Shown here piece by piece: positions 1 to 7,429 of a stretch of DNA of 15,418 bases (position 1 is the first letter of the stretch; every line of letters starts with the position of its first letter). Both the position numbers and the translations under genes were made by a program. The stretch is from Elainellaceae cyanobacterium (lineage in GTDB: Bacteria; Cyanobacteriota; Cyanobacteriia; CAZCXK01), in contig JBNPEG010000014.1 in the NCBI GenBank assembly GCA_051117555.1, positions 11,513 to 26,930 on the forward strand, in the 5' to 3' direction. The notes beneath the pieces were generated by a model, which made no database searches, was not told the origin of the DNA, and saw nothing but the letters and a program-made list of their open reading frames with translations.

Positions 1-71
1 TGATCCAGCGTGAGAGTCCGATTCATCGGAGCACGTTGCTTGTCTTGGCTAGGTTGAATCGAGCTAGACAT
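1..71 (-). CDS. 5' end of an unidentified gene running off the left edge (MSSSIQPSQDKQRAPMNRTLTLD...)
   Basis: Minus-strand ATG at 71-69 with GGAGA (85-81) 9 nt upstream; frame open to the window edge. Too short to assign a product. Confidence 0.5.
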   Translation of the reverse strand, partial: MSSSIQPSQDKQRAPMNRTLTLD

Positions 72-115
72 TGATATCGTTCTCCATACATGAAGCCCCA
101 CATCCATCACTTATA

Positions 116-143
116 GCAAAAGGCAGAGGGCAGAAGGCAGAAG
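116..143. repeat. Heptamer tandem repeat (STRR-like), 4 copies
   Basis: GCAAAAG GCAGAGG GCAGAAG GCAGAAG read directly from the sequence. Confidence 0.7.
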
Positions 144-200
144 TAGGGTGCTGTATAGCCTTTCAGGCATGGCTACGCTAAAGCGCCAGCGTAACGCACC
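143..200 (+). repeat. GTAG-type REP-like element interrupted by a ~27-nt insert
   Basis: GTAGGGTGCTGT [155-181] AGCGCCAGCGTAACGCACC. With the insert removed it aligns to the reverse complement of 4927-4957 (GTAGGGTGTCGTTAGCGCAGCGTAACTCACC). Confidence 0.6.
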
Positions 201-221
201 GGGTTCAAGAGTCTCAGCCTT

Positions 222-588
222 GCTTTGGACTCGAAACTTGAAGCTCTGAACTCGAAACTTGAGGCTCTGAACTCGAAACTTGAGGCTCTGAACTCGAAAC
301 TTGAGGCTCTGAACTCGAAACACGACGCTTTGAACTCGAAACACGACGCTTTGAACTCGAAACACGACGCTTTGAACTCGAAACACGACGCTTTGAACTC
401 GAAACACGACGCTTTGAACTCGAAACACGACGCTTTGAACTCGAAACATGAGGCTCTGAACTCGAAACTTGAAGCTCTGAACTCGAAACTTGAAGCTCTG
501 AACTCGAAACTTGAAGCTCTGGACTCGAAACTTGAAGCTCTGAACTCGAAACATGAGGCTCTGAACTCGAAACACGACGCTTTGAACT
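222..588. repeat. 21-bp tandem array, 17 full copies (222-578) plus a partial copy
   Basis: Unit GCT(C/T)TG(A/G)ACTCGAAA followed by CTTGAA, CTTGAG, CACGAC or CATGAG; exact 21-bp period, no spacers, no indels. Confidence 0.97.
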
Positions 589-696
589 GAGAGCGTTTAA
601 GGCTTGTTAAAAAATAACCTCATGGTGGTGCGAGAAGTCGCAACGCGTCTATCCTCGTCAGACCCTGTTTGTGATGGCGCGATGGTTTCAACCTAT

Positions 697-2070
697 CTAG
701 GCAAACCGATCTAAGCAAAGCTGGCGAAAATGGTCGCCACGCTGTTCAAAATTGGCATATTGGTCAAAGCTTGCACAGGCAGGGGATAACAGCACAGCAG
801 TCCCATGATGCTGTTTGGCAAGATTTGCCGCCCTGGGAACAGCATTTTCCAGCGTTTCGACAATCTCATAGGATGAATAGCCGACCGATTGAAGACGCTT
901 TGCAAAGGCGGGAGCCGCATCTCCGATGAGCAAGACGGCAGCCGCTTTAGCCCGGATGGTGTTGAGCCACTGGGTATCGTCTCCGTCTTTAGCCTCACCG
1001 CCCGCAATGAGAATCACAGGAGCCGTTACCGACCGTAGACCGACGTCCGCCGCGTCGTAATTGGTGGCTTTGCTGTCGTTGATTAGATCGATGCCCTGCC
1101 ATCGACAGATCTGTTCGAGTCGATGAGGCACTCCGGGAAAGGTGGAAATTGCCTGGGCGATCGCCCCTTTTTCGATATTGGCTAAACGGGCTGCTGCAAC
1201 TGCCATTAACAAATTTTGGTGATTGTGGATACCAACCATTCGCAGCGCATTGACGGAAACGATCGGCTCATGGGCGACCATCACCCAGTCTGATTCAATC
1301 CACACGCCACGCTCTGGATTGCCCACGAGGTGCTCTTTCCCAGCGATGCTTGTCCACCACGCCGTTGCCCACTCGGTTCCGACCCGACGCAGATAGGGAT
1401 CATCTCCGTTGAGAATTTGATGCTGAGACTGGTTGAGCAGATGAGCTTTGATGGCAAAGTAGCGTTCTAGAGACTTGTGGCGGCTGAGATGGTCGGGGGT
1501 AAAGGTCGTCCAGATGCCAATCTGGGGCGCGATGCTAGCAGAGGCTTCGATTTGATAGCTGCTGATTTCTGCGACCACCCAGTCTAACGGGGGGGATTCA
1601 GCAGTGGGTTCTGGGTAGAGGGTCGTGAGGGCAAGATCGCAGGCGGCATAGCCGATGTTGCCGCAGGCGGGGGCATTGAGCCCAGCAGCCTTAAAAATGG
1701 CGGCAATTAAAGATGTGACCGTCGTTTTGCCATTGGTTCCGGTGATCCCAATCCAGGGGTAAGACTGGAGCGATCGCCATGCCAGTTCCATTTCTCCGAA
1801 GGTTTCAATTCCGAGCGATCGGGCTTGATCTAGTACCGGCAAATCCCACGGAACTCCGGGACTGACGACAATGCGCTGCATGTGAGTCGGATTGGGATCT
1901 AGGGTATGCCCCAGCAACACCTCAATCCCCTCGGCCTGGAGGTCTCGTTTGATTGGCAGAAGCGACTCAGAGGCGTTGCGATCGCTCACCGTCACTTGCC
2001 AACCTTGACGCTTCAGTAAGCGAGCCGCCGCAATGCCTGACTTGCCAATGCCAATGACGTAACTCTTCAC
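697..2070 (-). CDS. murD: UDP-N-acetylmuramoyl-L-alanine--D-glutamate ligase
   Basis: 457 aa; N-terminal GIGKSG, VSPG, P-loop [28 protein letters not shown] and [12 protein letters not shown] motifs; GTG start with a purine-rich upstream region. Confidence 0.97.
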   Translation of the reverse strand: MKSYVIGIGKSGIAAARLLKRQGWQVTVSDRNASESLLPIKRDLQAEGIEVLLGHTLDPNPTHMQRIVVSPGVPWDLPVLDQARSLGIETFGEMELAWRSLQSYPWIGITGTNGKTTVTSLIAAIFKAAGLNAPACGNIGYAACDLALTTLYPEPTAESPPLDWVVAEISSYQIEASASIAPQIGIWTTFTPDHLSRHKSLERYFAIKAHLLNQSQHQILNGDDPYLRRVGTEWATAWWTSIAGKEHLVGNPERGVWIESDWVMVAHEPIVSVNALRMVGIHNHQNLLMAVAAARLANIEKGAIAQAISTFPGVPHRLEQICRWQGIDLINDSKATNYDAADVGLRSVTAPVILIAGGEAKDGDDTQWLNTIRAKAAAVLLIGDAAPAFAKRLQSVGYSSYEIVETLENAVPRAANLAKQHHGTAVLLSPACASFDQYANFEQRGDHFRQLCLDRFA

Positions 2071-2148
2071 ACCCGTTACCGCTTCCTCCAGAAACCCTTC
2101 TCCCCTCCTTCCCCGTCGAACGATTCGCCTCGACTTTACCTTATGTAG

Positions 2149-4305
2149 CTACTGCTTGACGATCGCCCCAAAGTCAGCCAGCACACGGGCATGATTTCGC
2201 AAAAGCCCCAGTAAATTGAGCCGATTGCGGCGAATCGCTAGATTTTTATCCATGACCAAGACGCTGTTAGGACCATCAAAAAATTGACTGACAATAGGCG
2301 TGATTTCTGTCAGTGCCTCCACGAGTTTTTGGTAGTCTCGGTTTGCTTGCGCCGCTTGGGTCTTGGGCACTAAGTTTACCAAAGACTGATAAAAGACCTC
2401 TTCAGAGGGTTGCTGAAACAGGGATGGCTCGACCCCATCTCTGGGATCAAGCTGAGCTGTGTCTAAATCACCCTGAGCCGCCAGACGTGCCGCCCGATTG
2501 ACGGTTTCATAGATCGAATCTAATGCCCCGTTGCCTCGAATCGTTTGTAAAAACTGAGCGCGATCGCGCACATCGAGCAAATTTGACAAGGCGCGATCGC
2601 AATATTCAGGATCACCCTCACCCAGCACTGCATTCACCAGGTCATAATCGATGCCTCGATCGTCTTGAAGTAGCGTGCGCAATCGTTGCAAAAAGAAATC
2701 TTGTAGCTGAGCGTATAAAGTCGATGCATCACCGTCTTTAACCGAATGCTCAGCAGTAAACTGGTTGACCGCATCTTTAAGAAGTTGGTTGAGATTGAGC
2801 CCTAATTCGCCATCCCAGATGATATTGACAACGGCAGTGGCAGCACGTCGCAGGGCGAATGGGTCAGATGACCCGCTCGGAATCATTCCTAGGCTAAAAA
2901 TGCTAACCAGCGTATCGAGGCGATCGCCCAGGCCGACCACTTGCCCAGGACGAGTGTCGGGCAATTCGTCGTCTGCCCCACGGGGTAAGTAATGTTCAAA
3001 AATAGCGTCTGCGACGGCGTTGGGTTCTCCGCTAGCCAGCGCATATTTTTGCCCCATTACTCCCTGCAATTCTGGGAACTCGCCTACCATCTGCGTGACC
3101 AAATCAGCTTTGCACAGCAGGGCAGCGCGTTGAATGTGCGATCGCTCGATTGGACTGACCTGAAGCTGCTCGGCAATCAGGTGGGCGATCGCCCCAATCC
3201 GATCGACTTTCGATCGCATCGAGCCTAAATCGTGCTGAAACGTCACCGTTTCAAGCCGGGGCAAATGGTCTACTAGCGACATCTTGCGATCGGCATCAAA
3301 GAAAAACTTACCGTCTGACAACCGCGCCCGAATCACCCGTTCGTTACCCGCTGCAATAATATCTGACTTCGCCGGATCACCATTCGACACGGCGACAAAA
3401 TAGGGCAGCAAGTCTCCTGACTGGTCGGCTTTAAGCACGGGAAAACAGCGCTGATGGCTTTCCATCTCGGTGATCACGACTTCTGCCGGAATTTCTAAAA
3501 AATTTGGGTCAAACTTGCCGACAATCGCGGTTGGAGACTCAACTAAGTTCACGACTTCCCGCAACAACTCGTCTGAAATCGAGGCAGTCCCGCCCATAAG
3601 CTCAGCCACTGCTTCAACTTGGCTGCGAATCGTTTTTTCTCGTTCCTGCGGATCAACTTCGATCGCCGCATCCCGTAAGCAGGTCACATAATCAGACGCA
3701 CGGGGAATCGAAATCGATTCGGGCGACAATACCCGATGCCCTTCGGATAGGCGATCGCTCGTATAGGTTTCTGCGCCATTCGTTAGGGTGATCGGCAACA
3801 CATCGTCATCGAATAACGACACTAGCCACCGAATCGGACGGGGAAAACGCAAATCGCCATCGCCCCAGCGCATAAACCGCTTCCCCTCCAAGCCTAGAAT
3901 CCAATCTGGGATTAAATCTTGAAGCAGTTCAGCAGCAGGGCGTCCTAAGATTTTTTGCTGTACAAAGACAAACTCGCCCTTATCCGTCGCCCGAATTTCT
4001 AAGTCAGACACACTAACGCCCCGCGACCGCGCAAACCCTTCAGCCGCCTTAGTCGGCTTGCCCTGTTTGAAGGCTGCCTGAGCCGGAGGACCTTTGACCT
4101 CTTCCTCTCGATTGGGCTGCTGCACGGGCAATCCGTGAATGAGAACAGCTAAGCGCCGGGGAGTCCCGTAGAAATTGATGGTGTCTGAGGTCAAACTGTG
4201 CTCATCAAGGCTGACAGGAATGCGCGATCGCCACTGCGCGATCGCGTCATCGATAAAGCTTGCAGGCAACTCTTCTGTGCCGACTTCTAATAAAAATGTC
4301 GCCAT
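2149..4305 (-). CDS. glyS: Glycine--tRNA ligase beta subunit
   Basis: 718 aa; [53 protein letters not shown] and RRNRLNLL motifs. Confidence 0.97.
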   Translation of the reverse strand: MATFLLEVGTEELPASFIDDAIAQWRSRIPVSLDEHSLTSDTINFYGTPRRLAVLIHGLPVQQPNREEEVKGPPAQAAFKQGKPTKAAEGFARSRGVSVSDLEIRATDKGEFVFVQQKILGRPAAELLQDLIPDWILGLEGKRFMRWGDGDLRFPRPIRWLVSLFDDDVLPITLTNGAETYTSDRLSEGHRVLSPESISIPRASDYVTCLRDAAIEVDPQEREKTIRSQVEAVAELMGGTASISDELLREVVNLVESPTAIVGKFDPNFLEIPAEVVITEMESHQRCFPVLKADQSGDLLPYFVAVSNGDPAKSDIIAAGNERVIRARLSDGKFFFDADRKMSLVDHLPRLETVTFQHDLGSMRSKVDRIGAIAHLIAEQLQVSPIERSHIQRAALLCKADLVTQMVGEFPELQGVMGQKYALASGEPNAVADAIFEHYLPRGADDELPDTRPGQVVGLGDRLDTLVSIFSLGMIPSGSSDPFALRRAATAVVNIIWDGELGLNLNQLLKDAVNQFTAEHSVKDGDASTLYAQLQDFFLQRLRTLLQDDRGIDYDLVNAVLGEGDPEYCDRALSNLLDVRDRAQFLQTIRGNGALDSIYETVNRAARLAAQGDLDTAQLDPRDGVEPSLFQQPSEEVFYQSLVNLVPKTQAAQANRDYQKLVEALTEITPIVSQFFDGPNSVLVMDKNLAIRRNRLNLLGLLRNHARVLADFGAIVKQ

Positions 4306-4517
4306 AACTTCAGCTCAGTGTTTCATCCGTCCTGACATCATCTCCTATTCAGCATAGAGAAATTTGGGAAATCCAGATGAATCCGACTCCAGAAATTTGA
4401 TTAAATGTGCGATCGCGCTCGTCTACTCTCTACTCAGTATGAGCACTCATTGCTAATCTAGCTCTATGACCCTAATGCTTCATCTCATTAACCTGAGATA
4501 CTTTTTGAGAACCCCTT

Positions 4518-4781
4518 ATGGATCACACGGATCAAGAGCTACAAAACTTTGTGAAAGACCATATTGCCGCAATTCAAGAACGGTACAACTTTGCGCTCAT
4601 CCAAAATGGAAAATCAAAAACCCAAGCCGATGTTGCTTTTCTAGAAGGCGCTAGCTTTGCCTACTATGATGTGCTCCGACGACTGCGATCGCAGCTTGAA
4701 GCTCGAGGCTATGATCCGGCTGACTTTGAACCCATCGTACCTGAACTCGGGCAACCCATTTGGAGTCGAAGCGAGTCCTAG
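4518..4781 (+). CDS. Hypothetical protein, 87 aa, probably helical
   Basis: ATG-started ORF divergent from glyS, filling otherwise empty space; protein-like composition; contains a HIP1 site. No family recognised with confidence. Confidence 0.65.
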   Translation: MDHTDQELQNFVKDHIAAIQERYNFALIQNGKSKTQADVAFLEGASFAYYDVLRRLRSQLEARGYDPADFEPIVPELGQPIWSRSES

Positions 4782-4806
4782 TACAGAACAGTGGCGGTTG
4801 CTATAT

Positions 4807-4850
4807 CAGTGTCCGATTTTCAGTGTCCGATTTTTTCAGTGTCCGATTTT
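4807..4850. repeat. Three direct copies of the 14-mer CAGTGTCCGATTTT
   Basis: Copies at 4807-4820, 4821-4834 and 4837-4850 (two extra T between copies 2 and 3). Confidence 0.9.
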
Positions 4851-4870
4851 GAATTTTCTAATCGCCCTAC

Positions 4871-4987
4871 TGGTTTGACACGCCTAAAATAATGCGAATT
4901 CTTAAAAGGCTGAAACTCTTGAAATCGGTGAGTTACGCTGCGCTAACGACACCCTACCTGATGCACTATTTTAGCTGTGCTACACCA
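4871..4987. mobile_element. MITE-like element (117 bp) with 25-bp imperfect TIRs and flanking CTAC direct repeat
   Basis: Left end TGGTTTGACACGCCTAAAATAATGC matches the reverse complement of 4963-4987 (TGGTGTAGCACAGCTAAAATAGTGC) at 19/25; CTAC at 4867-4870 and 4988-4991; no ORF. Confidence 0.65.
4927..4957 (-). repeat. GTAG-type REP-like palindrome inside the MITE
   Basis: Minus strand GTAGGGTGTCGTTAGCGCAGCGTAACTCACC: 5' GTAG followed by an imperfect hairpin GGTG..GTTA / TAAC.CACC. Confidence 0.65.
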
Positions 4988-5016
4988 CTACCCTTTCTAA
5001 ATCACCCTAAATCACC

Positions 5017-5337
5017 ATGCTGAATTTCTTAAATGACCTCCTCGGACGGCACCCAGAAACCATCAATGCGGATGTAGAGATCTACACCTGGCAAGTTTGC
5101 CCCTACTGCATTCGCGCGAAACTGCTGCTGTGGTGGAAAGGTGTAGACTTTACCGAATATAAAATCGACGGTGATGAAGCCGCACGAACAAAGATGGCAG
5201 AACGGGCAAACGGTCGGCGGAGTGTTCCTCAAATTTTTATCGACGGGCACCACATCGGCGGGTGCGATGACCTCTACGCCCTCGACAGCAGCGGAAACCT
5301 AGATCCGCTATTGGCAGGGGAAGGAGCCAAAGGATAA
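5017..5337 (+). CDS. grxC: Dithiol glutaredoxin (glutaredoxin 3)
   Basis: 106 aa; CPYC active site, SVPQIFI and IGGCDDL motifs. Confidence 0.93.
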   Translation: MLNFLNDLLGRHPETINADVEIYTWQVCPYCIRAKLLLWWKGVDFTEYKIDGDEAARTKMAERANGRRSVPQIFIDGHHIGGCDDLYALDSSGNLDPLLAGEGAKG

Positions 5338-5443
5338 CTGACTCGGGTAGGGCAAACGGTCAACTATTAAGACTCGACGGCTGTGAATCCCTCACCATTC
5401 GACCCGTTAAGGACTCGCTTGTAAATAAGCGCCCGCCAGATCT

Positions 5444-5468
5444 GTACAGGCAAATGGCCGTTTGCCCC
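5444..5468. repeat. REP-like palindrome of a second family, with a half copy at 5347-5361
   Basis: GGCAAATGGCCGTTTGCC (5449-5466) is palindromic except for one T/G pair; GTAGGGCAAACGGTC at 5347-5361 matches its left half. Confidence 0.5.
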
Positions 5469-5523
5469 GCCTCACCTGTCGGGACTTTTTTTAACCCCAA
5501 TCTCTTGCTTTTTCTCGATTGTC

Positions 5524-6036
5524 TTGCTCCCTCCTCCTCCTCTAAACCATCCAGACTACTTGACTCACTACCGTTGGATGAGTCGGGCGATCGCCCTTGC
5601 AGAGATGGCAGGGCACGCCGGAGAGGTGCCTGTGGGGGCGGTCATCATTGGGCCTGCGGGCACTGTGATTGCGGAGGGAGAAAATCGACGAGAACGGGAG
5701 CACGATCCGACGGCTCATGCTGAGGTTGTGGCGATGAGAGCCGCAGGACAGCGGCTCAATACCTGGCACCTTGATCAATGCACCCTCTACGTCACGTTAG
5801 AACCATGTCCTATGTGTGCCGGGGCGATCGTGTTGGGGCGCCTCAAGTGCGTGGTGTACGGAGCAGACGATCCGAAAAGTGGAGCGATTCGAACCGTTCT
5901 TAATATTCCAGACAGTGCCTGCTCTAATCATCGACTTCAAGTCGTTGGTGGCATTTTAGAATCGACCTGCCGCCAGCAACTTCAAACTTGGTTTAATCGG
6001 CGTCGATCAGCCGCAAATCAGCAGGATGCAGATTGA
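5524..6036 (+). CDS. tadA: tRNA adenosine(34) deaminase
   Basis: GEVPVGAV, DPTAHAE, LYVTLEPCPMCAGA, YGADDPKSGA and NH motifs. Start uncertain: TTG 5524, alternative ATG 5578. Confidence 0.93.
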   Translation: MLPPPPLNHPDYLTHYRWMSRAIALAEMAGHAGEVPVGAVIIGPAGTVIAEGENRREREHDPTAHAEVVAMRAAGQRLNTWHLDQCTLYVTLEPCPMCAGAIVLGRLKCVVYGADDPKSGAIRTVLNIPDSACSNHRLQVVGGILESTCRQQLQTWFNRRRSAANQQDAD

Positions 6037-6378
6037 CACCACCCTACGAGCTTTTGTTGTAGAAAACTCTCGCGCACAGGGATTCTAACCACGTTCGATG
6101 TCCGACTGCAAGAGCGTAAGGCTAATGATTTTCATACGTCAGACCTGGTTGATAGATTCAATCAATAATTTTGATGAGTGAGCGCACGATTAGGATCTAT
6201 TAAGGCGAAACAGGTCATGGCTCTATCATCTAGCCCTCAAACTACCGAAAGAACCACCGTCAAAACTGTCCCCTGACAGATGAGCTGAGCATCACGAGGC
6301 GTTAATTTATATCTAGCTAAGCAATCATTCTTAATCGCATTTGCGATGTATGTGCTAATGGCTGTTTTGTTCTTGTGA

Positions 6379-6470
6379 TATAGCAATCCCAAATGGGTTG
6401 TGAGTGGTGGGGCAGGCGCCGCCCGCTCCACCACTCACATACAATTCACAAGCGGTTTAGGATCGCTATA
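6379..6470. mobile_element. MITE-like element with TATAGC...GCTATA ends (IS630/Tc1-mariner style, TA flanks)
   Basis: Left TATAGCAATCCCAAATGGGTTGTGA versus reverse complement of the right end TATAGCGATCCTAAACCGCTTGTGA, 20/25; internal perfect 12-bp stem 6399-6410 / 6428-6439. Confidence 0.75.
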
Positions 6471-6526
6471 GTTTATTGCAATTTATTTCGAGAGCGATTG
6501 TTGCTTTCAGTAATTTTGTAACTCTC

Positions 6527-7294
6527 ATGGTTTTTTTCGATTCCTTGGAAACATCATCAACATCTGCGTCTCATCAGCCTAGTCCAATTGATTCTCGCTT
6601 CTCGCCGTGGTTAACTCCGATTGTTTACCCGCTGGGTTGCCGGATTGTCATGCCGCTTTACTTTGGTCAGATTGAGGTCGAAGGGCAGCACCATCTTCCG
6701 TTAGAGGGGCCGGTCATTCTAGCTCCGACGCATCGCTCTCGATGGGATGCGCTTCTGGTTCCCTATGCCGCAGGTCGAGGCGTGACGGGGCGAGATTTGC
6801 GCTTTATGGTGACAGCCGATGAGATGAAAGGCATTCAAGGGTGGTTTATTCGTCGCTTGGGCGGGTTTCCGGTTAATCCACGTAATCCTGCGATCGCCAG
6901 CCTGCGCTTTGGAGTAGAGATCTTGCATCACGAAGAGATATTGGTGATCTTTCCAGAGGGAGGTATTTTCCGAGATCAGACGGTTCATTCCCTCAAACCC
7001 GGACTCGCCCGCCTCGCCGTTCAAGCTGAGATGAGTCAGCCTGGATTAGGTGTTAAAGTCGTTCCAATCCACATTGCCTACAGTGACGTTTATCCTCACT
7101 GGGGAAGTCGTGTCAGTATTCAGATTGGCGCGTCCATTGACGTTTCAGATTATTGTAAAGGCGCTGCGAAGCAAAGCGCTCAGCATCTCACTAGCGATCT
7201 TGAAGCAGCCTTGAAGCATCTGAATCACGATGAATCGATGATGTCTACGCTAGAATCAACCCAAGAATCAGCCCAGAATGCGGCGGCATCCTAA
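6527..7294 (+). CDS. plsC: 1-acyl-sn-glycerol-3-phosphate acyltransferase (lysophospholipid acyltransferase family)
   Basis: HX4D catalytic motif (THRSRWD), GGFPV and IFPEG motifs. In-frame ATG at 6527 preferred over TTG 6476. Confidence 0.85.
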   Translation: MVFFDSLETSSTSASHQPSPIDSRFSPWLTPIVYPLGCRIVMPLYFGQIEVEGQHHLPLEGPVILAPTHRSRWDALLVPYAAGRGVTGRDLRFMVTADEMKGIQGWFIRRLGGFPVNPRNPAIASLRFGVEILHHEEILVIFPEGGIFRDQTVHSLKPGLARLAVQAEMSQPGLGVKVVPIHIAYSDVYPHWGSRVSIQIGASIDVSDYCKGAAKQSAQHLTSDLEAALKHLNHDESMMSTLESTQESAQNAAAS

Positions 7295-7429
7295 GCGTTT
7301 CATGTTTGAATTTTCATAAAAAGTTTCGGTTTAGAGTAGCGTTGAGTCATTTAGATTGGGTCATCCTGATATGAGAAGTGTCAAGATTGAGCATGAAGAT
7401 AGCAGACATTAAGCGGTCCTAACACGTGT

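Noticed and set aside
111..575. 154-aa minus-strand ORF (FRVQSxx repeats) as a real gene
   Set aside because: Open only because the repeat lacks stops on that strand; GTG start inside the array, an in-frame TAA at 599-597 just upstream, and a C-terminus made of REP and heptamer DNA.
222..588. CRISPR array
   Set aside because: Units are contiguous with no unique spacers; the variable 6-mer takes only four recurring forms; no cas genes in the window.
4466..4878. Alternative-frame ORFs 4466-4654 and 4657-4878
   Set aside because: Both overlap the better 4518-4781 ORF; the second runs through the 14-mer repeat.
6037..6378. Structured ncRNA such as SRP RNA after tadA
   Set aside because: No SRP-type GGAA tetraloop with AGCAG motif or other recognisable RNA family seen by eye; an Infernal/Rfam scan would be needed to exclude one.
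6237..6434. 65-aa minus-strand ORF, and a 19-codon plus ORF starting at 6217
   Set aside because: The first starts inside the MITE hairpin; neither has an RBS or protein-like features.
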